Shown: positions 24,431 through 36,245 of the stretch, in pieces | Position numbering within the stretch: the stretch's first letter is position 1 | Layout of the letters: every line of letters begins with the position of its first letter | NCBI GenBank assembly: GCA_030390025.1 | Contig: CM059425.1 | Span: 175,152,001-175,216,000 of the forward strand | Direction of reading: 5' to 3' | Source of the DNA: Squalus acanthias | Lineage: Eukaryota | Length of the DNA stretch: 64,000 bases | The notes under the pieces: generated by a model | The model's database searches: none | Told to the model about the DNA's origin: nothing | What the model saw: only the letters and a program-made list of their open reading frames with translations | Made by a program: the position numbers and the translations under genes

Positions 24431-25225
24431 TTAAACGACCTAGACTCGGGTGTAGGGAGCAGCATTATAAGTTTGCAGATGGTACGAAACTTGGCAACAT
24501 AGTAGATAGTGATGAGGATAGTTGTAGACTTCAGGATGACATAGACAGGATGGTGAAATGGGCAGAAGCATGGCAGATGGAGTTCAATGCAGAGAAGTGT
24601 GAAGCGATGCACTTTGGGAGGACTATACTATAAATGGCACAATTTTGAAAAGTGTAGATGAGCAGAGACATTGGTGTCCATAAACACAAATCCTTAAAGA
24701 TAGCAGGGCAAGTTGATAAGGTGGTTAAAAAAGCATATGGGTTACTTGGGTTTATAAATCGAGGCATAGAATATAAAAACAAAGAGATCATGCTGGAACT
24801 TTATAAGTCACTGGTTAGACCAAAGCTGGAGTATTGTGGACAATTCTGGGCACCACAATTCAGGAAAGATGTAAAGGCCTTAGAAAGGGTACAGAGGAGG
24901 TTTACCAGGATGTTACCAGGGATGAGGGACCTCAGTAATGAGGACAGGTTGGAAAAGTTAGGATTGTTCTCCTTGGAACAGAGAAGGTTAAGAGGTGACC
25001 TAATAGAGGTTTTCCAGATGATGAGGGGTTTTGATAGAGTAGATCGAGAAAAACTATACCTTCTGGTGAGTGGGTCAATAACCAGAGGTCATAGATTTAA
25101 AATCATTGGCAAAAGATTTAGAGTGGAGAGGAGGAGAAATTTACTTACTCACTGAATTGTCGGGATCTGGAACGCTCTACCTGAAAAGGTGGTGAAAACG
25201 GATTCCATAAATCGAGAGGTGGTGG
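24431..25225 (+). mobile_element. CR1 LINE RT fragment
   Basis: KFADG, ORF 24658-25155 LYKSLVRPKLEYCGQFWAP...RRLRGDLIEVF. Confidence 0.88.
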
Positions 25226-25529
25226 GGGGGAAAAGTAGATTTGGCCATTCACAGTCAAAATTAGACCTGTGATATGTGACCGCTCTGCATGCGAAGGCGG
25301 GTGTACAAAATATGAAAATAAATTCATTTTGATCTAAGAACACTAGGTAGGTCTATCTCTGTTTGGTTTGGGCTTAACAGAAAAGTTGGCAACCCTATTC
25401 TGTATCCAGGTGTTAATGTCAGTGTTAGTACTATGGGTAAAATCTTTCCCTTCCTCACCTGTGGACAGCTCGCGGGTTTCCTCGGCGCAAGCACACACGC
25501 GCAGCTCAGAGTCAGCGGATAACATAGAT

Positions 25530-28500
25530 TCGCTATGGAAAAGGACAGGGAGCAATCTTGAGTAAAAATGTTTAACTGGGGGAAGGCCACTTTCAGTGGG
25601 ATGAGAATGGATCTGGCCTGGGTAAACTGGAATCAAAGATTGGTAGCCAAAACTGGAATGGAACAATGGGCTGCGTTTAAAGAGGAAATAGTTTCGGTAC
25701 AGTCGAGCTACATTCCCACTAGGGGGAAAGGCAGGGCAACTAAAGTCAGGGCTCCCTGGATGACGAAAGAGATAGAGAGTAAGATGAAGCAGAAAAAGAG
25801 TGTGTATGACAGATGTCAGGTTGCAAATACATCTGAGAATCAGGCTATATATAGAAAGGTCAGAGGAGAAGTGAAAAAGAAAATAAGAGGTGCAAAGAGA
25901 GGGTATAAGAATAGAATGACAGCCAACATGAAAGGTAATCCAAAAGTCTTCTATAGGCATATAAATAGTAAAAGGGTAGTAAGGGGCGGGGTGGGACCGA
26001 TTAGGGACCAAAAAGGAGACCTACGCATGGAGGCAGAGGGTATGGCTGAGGTACTAAACAAGTACTTTGCATCTGTCTTCACCAAGGAAGAGGATGCTGC
26101 CATAAAGGAGGGGGTAGTGGAGATACTTGATAGGATAAAACTTGATAAAGAGGAGGTATTAAAAAAGCTGTCTGTACTTAAAGTAGATAAGTCACCAGGA
26201 ACGGATGGGATGCATCCTAGGATGCTGAGCGAATTGGGGGAGGAAATCGCGGAGGTACTGGTCATAATATTCCAATCCTCCTTAGATATGGGGGTGGTGC
26301 CAGAGGACTGGAGAATTGCAAGTGTTACACCTTGTTCAATAAAAGATGTAAAGATAAACCCAGCAACTGCACGCCAGTCAGTTTGACCTCGGTAGTGGGG
26401 AAGCTTTTAGAAACAGTAATCAGGGACAAAATTAACAGTCACTTGGACAAGTGTGGATTAATTAAGGAAAGCCAGCACGGATTTGTTAAAGGCAAATCGT
26501 GTTTAACTAACTTGATTGAGTTCTTTGACGAGGTAACAGACAGGGTTGATGAGGGTAATGCAGTTGACACTCATGGATTTCCAAAAGGCGTTTGACAAAG
26601 TGCCACATTAAAGGCTTGCCAGCAAAGTTGAAGCCCATGGAATAAAAGGGACAGTGGCAGCATGGATATGAAATTGGCTAAGTGAGAGGAAACAGAGAGT
26701 AGTGGTGAACGGTTGTTTTTCGGACTGGAGGAAGGTATACAGTGGTGTTCCCCAGGGGTCGGTTCTAGGACCACTGCTTTTCTTGATATATGTTAATGAC
26801 TTGGACATGAGTGTACAGGGCACAATTTCAAAATTTGCAGATGACAGAAAACTTGGAAGTATAGTGAACAGCGAGGAGGAGAGTGATAGACTTCAGAAAG
26901 ACATAGACAGGCTGGTGAAATGGGCGGACACGTGTCAGATGAAATTTAATGCAGAAAAGTGTGAAGTGATACATTTTGGTAGAAAGAATGAAAGAACATA
27001 TAAACTACATGATACAATCCTGAAGGGGGTGCACGAACAGAGAGACCTGGGGGTATGTGTGCACAAATCATTGAAGGTGGCAGGGCAGGTTGAGAAAGCA
27101 GTTGTAAAGGCTTAAGGGATCCTGGGCTTCATGAATAGAGGTTTAGAGTACAAAAGCAAGGACGTTATGATGAACCTGTATAAAACACTGGTTCGGCCCC
27201 AACTGGAGTACTGTGTCCAATTCTGGGCACCAAACTTTAGGAAGGATGTGAAGGCCTTAAAGAAGGTACAGAAAAGATTTACATAGAAACATAACATAGA
27301 AGATAGGAGCAGGAGTAGGCCATTCGGCCCCTCGAGCCTATTCCGCCATTTAATGAGATCATGGCTGATCATCCAAATTAGTACCCTGTCCCTGCTTTCT
27401 CCCCATATCCCTTGATCCCTTTAGCCTTAAGAAATATATCTAACTCCTTCTTGAATATATTTAATGAATTGGCCTCAACTGCCTTCTGTGGTAGAGAATT
27501 CCACAGGTTCACCACTCTCTGGGTGAAGAAATTCCTCCTCATCTCAGTCCTCAATGGCTTACCCTTTATCCTTAGACTGTGACCCCTGGATCTGGACTCC
27601 CCCGCCATTGGGAACATCCTTCCTGCATCTAGTCTGTCTAGTCCTGTTAGAATTTTATAAGTTTCAATGAGGTCCCCTCTCATTCTTCTAAACTCTAGCG
27701 AATATAAGCCTAATCGACGCAATCTCTCTTCATACGTCATTCCTGCCACCCCAGGTATCAGTCTGGTGAATCTTCGCTGCACTCTCTCCATGGCAAGAAC
27801 ATCCTTCCTCAGATAAGGTGACCAAAACTGCACACAATACTCAAGGTGTGGTCTCACCAAGGCCCTGTACAACTGCAGCAAGACATCCTTGCTCCTGTAC
27901 TCGAATCCTTTCGCTATGAAGGCCAACATACCATTTGCCTTCTTAACCGCCTGCTGCACCTGCATGCTTACCTTCAGCGACTAGTGCACAAGGACACCCA
28001 GGTCTCGTTGCACTTCCCCTTTTCCCAATCTATTGCCGTTCAGATAATAATCTCTCTTCCTGTTTTTGCCACCAAAGTGGATAACCTCACAGCACACACG
28101 CCCACCCAGCTTTGTGTCGTCTGCAAACTTGGAGATATTACATCTAGTTCCCTCATCTAGATCATTAATATATATTGTGAATAGCTGGGGTCCTAGCACC
28201 GATCCCTGCGGTACCCCACTAGTCACTGCCTGCCACTCGGAAAAAGACCCGTTTATTCCAACTCTTTGCTTCCTGTCTGCCAACCAGTTCTCTATCCAAG
28301 TCAGTACCTTACCCCCGATCCCATGTGCTTTAACTTTGCATGCTAATCTCTTATGCGGGTCCTTATCGAAAGCCTTCTGAAAGTCCAAATACACCACATC
28401 CACTGGTTCTCCCTTATCTATTCTACCATTTACACCCTCAAAAAATTCCAGTAGATTAGTCAAGCACGATTTACCTTTTGTAAATCCATGTTGACTTTGT

Positions 28501-31203
28501 CCGATCCTGTCACTGTTTTCCAAGTGCTCTGCTATTACATCTTTTATAATGGACTCTAGCATTTTCCCCACTACCGATGTCGGGTCTATAATTCCCCGTT
28601 TTCTCTCTACCACCTTTTTTAAATAGTGGGGTTACATTAGCTACCCTCCAATCCATGGGAACTGTTCCAGAGTCTATAGAATTTTGGAAGATGACCAGCA
28701 ATGCATCTACTATTTCTAGGGCCACTTCCTTCAGTACCCTAGGATGTAGATTATCAGGCCCTGGGGATTTATCGGCCTTTAATCCCGTCAATTTCCCTAA
28801 CACCATTTCCCTACAAATACTGATTTCATTCAATTCCTCCCTCTCATTAGACCCTATGTTCCCCGACATCTCTGGGAGGTTATTTGTGTCCTCCTTTGTG
28901 AAGATAGAACCAAAGTATGTATTTAATTAGTCTGCCATTTCTTTGTTCCCCATTATAAATTCCCCTGATTCTGACTGCAAGGGACCTACGCTTGACTTCA
29001 CCAATCTTTTTCTCTTCACATATCTATAGAAGCTTTTACAGTCAGTTTTTATGTTCCCTGCAAGTTACTCTCATAATCTATTTTCCCCCTCTTAATTAAT
29101 CCCTTTGTCCTCCTTTGCTGAATCCTAAACTGCTCCCAATCCTCAGGTTTGCTGCTTTTTCTGGCCAAATTATATGTCCTCTCCTTGGATCTTATGCTAT
29201 CCTTAATTTCCCTTGTTAGCCATGGTTGAGTCACCTTTTTTGTTTTACTTTTATGCCAAACAGGGATGAACAAATTCTGTAGTTCATCCATGCGATCTTT
29301 AAATGTTTGCCATTGCCTATCCACCGTCAACCCTTTAAGTAACGTTCCCCAATCCATCCCAGCCAACTCGTGCCTCATACCATCATAGTTTCCTTTATTT
29401 AAATTCAGGACCCTAGTCTCTGATTCAACTACTTCACTCTCCATTTTAATGAAGAATTCTATCATATTATGATTGCTCCTCCCCAAGGGGCCTCGCACAA
29501 CAAGATTGCTAATTAATCCTTTCTCATTACATAATACCCAGTCTAAGATGGCCTGATCTCTAGTTGGTTCCTCGACATATTGGTCCAGGAAACCATCCCG
29601 TATACACTCTAGGAATTCCTCCTCCACAGTATTGTCACTAATTTGGTTAGCCCAATCTATATGTAGATTAAAGTCACCCATGATAACTGTTGTGCCCTTA
29701 TTGCACGCATCTGTAATTTCCCATTTAATGCCATCCGCAACCTCAGTATTACTGTTTGGGGGTCTGTATACAACTCCCACTAACATTTTCTGCCCCTTAG
29801 TATTCCACATCATCAGAGCTAATATCCTTCCTTACTATTGTGTTAATCTCCTCTTTATCCAGCAATGCTACCCCACCTCCTTTTCCTTTTTGCCTGTCCT
29901 TCCTGAATATTGAATACCTCTGGATGTTGAATTCCCAGCCTTGGTCACCCTGGAGCCATGTCTCCGTAATCCCAATTATATCATATCCGTTTATATCTAT
30001 TTGCGCAGCTAATTCATCCACCTTATTACGAATGCTCCTCGCATTAAGACACAAAGCTTTCAGGCTTGTTTTTTTAACACTCTTAGTCCTTTTAGAATTA
30101 TTATTTACTGTGGCCCTGTTTGATTTACGCCCTTGATTTCTCTGCCTTCCACTTTTGCTTTTCTCCTTCCTGTCTTTTGTTTCTATCCTTGCTTCCCTTT
30201 CCTCTGTCTCTCTGCACAGGTTCCCAACCCCCTGCCATTTTAGATTAAACCCTCCCCAACAGCACTAGCAAACACTCCCCCGAGGACATCGGTTCCGGTC
30301 CTGCCCAGGTGCAAACCGTCCAGTTTGTACTGGTCCCACCTCCCCCAGAACCGGTTTCAATGTCCCAGTAATTTGAATCCCTCCCCCTTGCACCATTCCT
30401 CTAGCCACGTATGCATCTGAAATATCTTTCTATTTCTACTCTGACTAGCACGTGGCACTGGTAGCAATCCTGAGATTACTACCTTTGAGGTCCTATTTTT
30501 TAATTTACCTCCTAACTCCCTATATTCAGCTTTTAGGACCTCATCTCGTTTTTTACCTATACCGTTGGTACATATATGCACCACGACAACTGGCTGTTCA
30601 CCCTCCCCCTCCAGAATGCCCTGCAGCCGCTCCGAGACATCCTTGACCCTTCCACCAGGGAGGCAACATACCATTCTGGAGTCTCGTTTGCGGCCGCAGA
30701 AACGCCTATCTATTCCCCTTACAATAATTTACTAGAATTATTCCAGGAATGAGGGACTTCAGTTACGTTGATAGACTGGAGAAGCTGGGGTTGTTCTCCT
30801 TGGAGCAGAGAAGATTGAGAGGAGATTTGATAGAGGGGTTCAAAATCATGAGGGGTCTGGAGAGAGTAGATAGAGAGAAACTGTTCCCATTGGCAGAAGG
30901 GTTGAGAAAGAGAGGACATAGATTTAAGGTGAATGGCAAAAGAACCAAAGGCGACGTGAGAAAAAACTGTTTTACGCAGCGAGTGGTTAAGATCTGGAAT
31001 TCACTGCCTGAAAGGGTGGTGGAGGTAGATTCAATCACGGTTTCCAAAAGGGAGTTGGATAAGTATATGAATGAAAGAAATTTGCAGATCTACGGCGAAA
31101 GGGCGGGGGAGTGGGACTAGCTGAAGTGCTCTTGCAGAGACCGGCACGGGCTCGACCGCTGAATGACCTTCTTCCATGCTGTAACCAGTATATGATTCTA
31201 TGA
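25530..31203 (+). mobile_element. CR1 LINE (5'-truncated) split by an antisense CR1 at 27283-30726
   Basis: ORFs 25568-26386, 26332-26595, 26702-27115 resume at 30727-31120; tail TATGATTCTATGA ends ~31203. Confidence 0.9.
27283..30726 (-). mobile_element. CR1 LINE (same subfamily as 12898-16981), truncated within ORF1
   Basis: ORF1 C-terminal half, endonuclease and RT ORFs on minus; flanked by ATTTAC duplication of the host CR1. Confidence 0.93.
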
Positions 31204-31226
31204 CTGTGCAGCTCGCCCTGAGCTGG

Positions 31227-32013
31227 GCGGCTCTGATTGGTTGAGGGTAGTGGGGAGCCTGTGTTTTTGTGTTGTGTGCGGAGCGAGGCAGCGGCTCTGA
31301 TTGGTTGGGGGAGGGGGGGGCAGTGTTTTTGTGTTGTGTGCGGAGCGAGGCAGCGGCTCTGATTGGTTGGGGGGTCAGTGTTTTTGTGTTGTGTTTGGAG
31401 GGAGGCAGCGGCTCTGATTGGTTGGGGAAGGGGGTCAGTGTTTTTGTGTTGTGTTTGGAGCGAGGCAGCGGCTCTGATTGGTTGGGGGAGGGGGTCAGTG
31501 TTTTTGTGTTGTGTTTGGAGGGAGGCAGCGGCTCTGATTGGTTGGGGGGTCAGTGTTTTTGTGTTGTGTTTGGAGGGAGGCAGCGGCTCTGATTGGTTGG
31601 GGGAGGGGGTCAGTGTTTTTGTGTTGTGTTTGGAGCGAGGCAGCGGCTCTGATTGGTTGGGGGGAGGGGGTCAGTGTTTTTGTGTTGTGTTTGGAGCGAG
31701 GCAGCAGCTCTGATTGGTTGGGGGGAGGGGGTCAGTGTTTTTGTGTTGTGTGCGGAGCGAGGCAGCAGCTCTGATTGGTTGGGGGAGGGGGTCAGTGTTT
31801 TTGTGTTGTGCGCGGAGCGAGGCAGCAGCTCTGATTGGTTGGGGGGAGGGGGTCAGTGTTTTTGTGTTGTGTTTGGAGCGAGGCAGCAGCTCTGATTGGT
31901 TGGGGGGGAGGGGGTCAGTGTTTTTGTGTTGTGCGCGGAGCGAGGCAGCAGCTCTGATTGGTTGGGGGGAGGGGGTCAGTGTTTTTGTGTTGTGTGCGGA
32001 GCGATGCAGCGGC
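31227..32013 (+). repeat. Minisatellite/VNTR, ~55-62 bp unit, 13 CCAAT-box-bearing copies
   Basis: Consensus GC(G/A)GCTCTGATTGGTTGGGGGAGGGGGTCAGTGTTTTTGTGTTGTGT(TT/GC)GGAGCGAGGCA; 13 CTGATTGGTT counted. Confidence 0.97.
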
Positions 32014-32125
32014 TGGCGCGTGCAAATACCGTTTGGAACCCCAGCCCCTTGTGCGGGTGCGCGCTCGCTGTCTGGTTGTGACGTCGGGAGTTTAGGGGCT
32101 GGGCGAGGAGAAGATGGCGGCGGCG
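31227..32125 (+). promoter_or_regulatory. MCC: Putative MCC promoter / CpG-rich 5' region
   Basis: 13 inverted CCAAT boxes (AACCAATCAG) with GGGGAGGGG boxes; TGACGTC CRE-like site at 32079-32085; YY1-type AAGATGGCGG at 32111-32120 over the start codon. Confidence 0.7.
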
Positions 32126-32238
32126 GCGGTGGTGAGCGCGAGCAGCGGTAGCAGTGACACTTCGAGCACCGGTGAGGAGGAGAGGATGAAACGGCTCTTT
32201 CAGACTTGTGATGGGGATGGTGACGGCTACATCAGCAG
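32114..32238 (+). CDS. MCC: MCC (mutated in colorectal cancer, EF-hand long isoform) coding exon 1
   Basis: MAAAAVVSASSGSSDTSSTGEEERMKRLFQTCDGDGDGYIS(R) matches the MCC N-terminus; donor AG|GTAGGA, phase 2. Confidence 0.93.
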
Positions 32239-34770
32239 GTAGGACTCGGATTTGCTCCATTTGCAAGAATTGCCTCGGGGCAGGGGGGAAGCGAGAGAAC
32301 ATTGCCTTGGGTTTAGTCAGATGGAGGTGAGGTGACTGGTAAATTTTAAATGCTGCAAACAATAGTTTAAAAGGTTGATTAGGGAGCTGGGGCCGGCTGC
32401 ATTGCCTTTATGCATTGCAGATAAAGTTTAGTCCCATTTGCTATAGTAGTTGGGGGAGGGGTGAAGAAACTTTTCAGAAGTCGATGTGTTTTAAGTCACA
32501 GAAACGTAAAAAGCGAATAATCTGGAGCGGTTGAGTCTTGGCACAAGTTGCAACAATATCAAATCATAGACTTTGTTGCATCGTGTGCAACTGACGGGAC
32601 AGCTTTCAGGAAGAAAGATGTTTTATCTCCAATTCTGTCTAAATTGAAACTTTTGCAGATTTGTTCAAATCTTATCGTAATCGATCTAGCTTGTACAACA
32701 TAAAAGCAATTGTCTACCGACACCAAGTTTTTGAAAACCAAAGTGTTTACTGACTTAATGCTTGGGCTCTTAAGCTGGAAAACCAAAAGCAGTATTTACT
32801 CTCCTGGTCGTGTATGCGTTTAATATATTTCTTGAAGAATCCCGATGTCTGATACGGTTACGGTGGCAGCGTTGCAAGCAACACGAATGCAGAGAACTTG
32901 AATTTAGTGGTTGACTTAAGTTTTTAAATTTACGATTTGGTTGAAAAAGTTAGTTTTACTGACTGGCTGATGTGAGGAAGCTCAAGTAAGTCAACTGAAG
33001 TAGATGTTCAGAAGGTTGCTGTTTCTTCTAGTATAAGATAAAGGCTGTGGGTGTCCAGAGATGCAGAACTATTCAGTGGAATGAATAGTCGCTCTCCCGC
33101 GATGTTGAAAACTTAGTATTGAGACCAAGTGCACACCTGAATAAAGTAGAATTAGAAGATGGCAAGCAATTGAATCGGAAATGACCCCCCAGAACAAAAC
33201 ATGATTGTTTACACGCACTTATAATAAAAATGATTTTTAAAATAAATCACATCAATAAAAACATTTCAATATCATTTTTTGTAAACCCTTTAAGAAATAC
33301 ATAACTGGCGAATACATTCTGTGCACTGTTGATGGAAAGCAATGCATAATTCTTTGCATTGATAACAAACGATTCACTGAAGAGAACGAAACGAGTTCTC
33401 AAACAAATTACAGATAATGGATAAGATGTCCAGCTGATACAGAACAGCTAGCAGAAAATGTGTGCAAGCAATTTGACAACTGCTATTGCTGAGAACTGGC
33501 ATTAATTAGTGCCTCTGCACCATTCTCCTGCAGCAAATACTCAACATAAGTAACATGGTTTTCAATAATTATTAATTTAACCGTTTCACCTGGTGAACAA
33601 TAACTGTTGTCACTGTCTTCCACTTGAAAAGATGCAATCTATTTAGCTTTTTAAAGAACATCCACAGATTGCCACCAACTTATAACAAATTCAAACTTTT
33701 TCAAAGTCGTCATCGTATCTGTTTCAGTCATTTAAATATGAACAGAAAGACATCAATAATGGGCAGAAAGAAACCTGTAACAGAAAATATGCAAACTGCA
33801 TAAAATTGGAATTTGGTTTATGCTTCACCAAAATATTGAGAAAATATGCAGGTATCTTCACATGCAACCCAAAAGTATTTCTCCTCAGTATTACTTACTG
33901 GAAAACGTCAACCATTCAATTGATTTCACTATATTCCTGGTAAGTGTTTGCATTGTCAATTACAAAATACGACAAAACAGATTAAAAAAAAATCTTCACA
34001 AACCTTCAAATAAACGGAAACGTTTTCTTCAAAAAATCCAATATTCTTTGTATAAATAAATGAGATTTATTGATGGACTCTCAAAACTGACGATGCTTAA
34101 AGCTCACCGGCATTCAAGAGTCAAATGGAATCCGATACATGGGATGAACATGCTCTTCCCATTGTGGATACCTCAAGCAATCTGCATCAATAACATAGAA
34201 ATAAATCCACTACAAATCAATTGTGCACCATTGAAGAGTTCTTCAGCAGGATTCAAATGATGCAGTACAGTAGTATGGAAAATCTAACCAACACACAATG
34301 TGAAGGGATTCCAGATGGCAACAATGTATTCAGGAACTCCACAGGAAGCAATGTAACCTGAGTCTCTTTAATGACATGGTCAGCACTGAGGTACACATGT
34401 TCATTAGGAAACAGCCCCATTACACAATCATTAATTATATCAGCAACATCATTTCAGTGTACTTTTTATTATTCAAGTTATTCTGAAGTTCAGAGAATAC
34501 AACAGCAGTCAGATCTGCCAGATTCTTGCACAATCGATTTTGTCAAGAATACAAATAAAATCATGTCTAAGTTCAGGAGCTTCTATTTCTCTTCACCAAA
34601 TTGCACTTAAAAAAAAATGGGCTAGCCCAAAGATACAATTGTTTCCAAGTAGAACAAACCATTTGTGCACAAGTTCCTCTTGGAACAACAGGGAGACTTG
34701 GCAAAAGTCAGCTCTAAACAGTATAATCTTTGTACCAAATCTGTTAGCCATAGGTGCCTCACCCCAATAC

Positions 34771-34975
34771 AAAAAGAAAATACTGCAGATGCTGGAAATC
34801 TGAAATAAAAACAGAAAGTGCTGGAGATACTCAGCAGGTCAGGCAGCATCTGTGAAGAGAGAAAGAGTTAATGTTTCAGGTCGATGACGAAAGGTCATCG
34901 ACCTGAAACGTTAACTCTGTTTCTCTCTTCACAGATGCTGCCTGACCTGCTGAGTATCTCCAGCACTTTCTGTTT
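34771..34975. mobile_element. Palindromic Penelope-derived non-autonomous element
   Basis: ~80-bp arms 34809-34888 / 34894-34975 around loop GAAAG; homologous to 38155-38286; imperfect TSD TGCCTCACCCCAATACAA / TGCCTCATCCCAAACAA. Confidence 0.85.
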
Positions 34976-35961
34976 ATATGCCTCATCCCAAACAAGTTTC
35001 GTAAGCTTGATCAGTTTTACTGCATCTGATCTCAATGGAAGGTAACATGTTGAGCTCTCCTCTACATTCAAAGGGATCTTGAGTGGGCAGTTCATTGCTC
35101 GGAGCAGCAATACCTGAGGAGGTCACAGCAAGTACAATGTGACTTTCAGCTTGTATTAATTGGGACAGAAAAGTTTTTCCAGTTCCACCAGGACTATCTA
35201 CAAAGAATAAGTGATCATTTCCATGAACAGCACCAACAACTGCACTGTATATCTCATGCTGGTCAGTAAGCAAATGAGCACCTTCGTTCAGCTGATCAAT
35301 CAGTTTATTTCTGTCATACAAGAATACTTCACAACAGAACATGGCAGAACACCAAAACCTTCCGTATCCTCTTTTGGAACAAATATCCCAGGAAAGTCCA
35401 GAATTATTTACCCTTGAATTTCAAAATGCCATTCAATATGTAGAAGAGCTTCATTTATGATCCGATCAATCAGTGGTAGTACTGGATTATTTCTAAGGCA
35501 TTGAACTGTAGCAGATCCTCATATTGGTTATCTTTGAAGACGTGGATTAAAAAGAACAAAACCATTGTCAACCTGAAGTCCTTTCACCCTGACACTTCCA
35601 TCAGCCTATGGTATAGAGGGTAACTATTTTGATCAGCTGTGACTTCACCAAATAACTTACAGAAGTAATGCTTGTACAGGTTCCATCAATAATGCAAGCT
35701 GCATTTGGATTTGCAGCTCCATAAGGGCCATGCACCATCCATGTAGTCACTGTTCTATGCAACCGCTGAAAATTCTGAATCAGGAATCTCAACAGACACA
35801 ATTGCATCATAATTATAAAGTGACAGTGGCTTGTTTTCTCCTTGAAAGATCAGCAAAACATGAACTTGCAGCACTCCGTTCTCTCAGATCCAACCCCAAC
35901 ATTGTCATTAAAACTGCTGATGAGGGTGGTGCTGTCGTTGTTTGGCGAACCGACCTCTACC

Positions 35962-36245
35962 TTTTTGTTTTAGGTGATTTGGCTATGATAAATTGACCCT
36001 TAGTGTTAGGGGGGGATTAAATATGTGGGGTTACAGGGATAGGATGGGATATGTTAGGGGGAATTAAATACGTGGGGTTACGGGGATAGGGTGGGATATG
36101 TGTCGGTGCAGGCTCGATGGGGATTCTGTGTGAGGGGGCAGGGACAGGGTACTGGATTTGGATGATCAGCCATGATCGTATTGAATGGTGGAGCAGGCTC
36201 GACGGGCCAAATGGCCTACTCCTGCTCCTAGTTTCTATGTTTCTA
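35962..36245 (+). mobile_element. SINE 3' fragment (HE1/V-SINE-like) plus CR1 3' tail, inserted in the Penelope element
   Basis: TTGGCTATGATAAATTGACCCTTAGTGT...GGGGTTACGGGGATAGGG...GGTGCAGGCTCGATGG, then CR1 tail GGCCTACTCCTGCTCCTAGTTTCTATGTTTCTA. Confidence 0.6.

Noticed and set aside
31227..32013. Regularly spaced repeats resembling a CRISPR array
   Set aside because: No unique spacers (whole units repeat), eukaryotic context and no cas genes; it is a minisatellite.
31269..32151. Overlapping repetitive ORFs (SVFLCCV.../GSGSDWLG...)
   Set aside because: Products of the tandem repeat with non-ATG starts and frames shifting with G-run length; the real CDS starts at 32114.
32855..32890. GCGTTGCAAGCAACACG hairpin as the Helitron 3' terminus
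   Set aside because: No CTRR at the expected distance on the minus strand, so the end cannot be supported.
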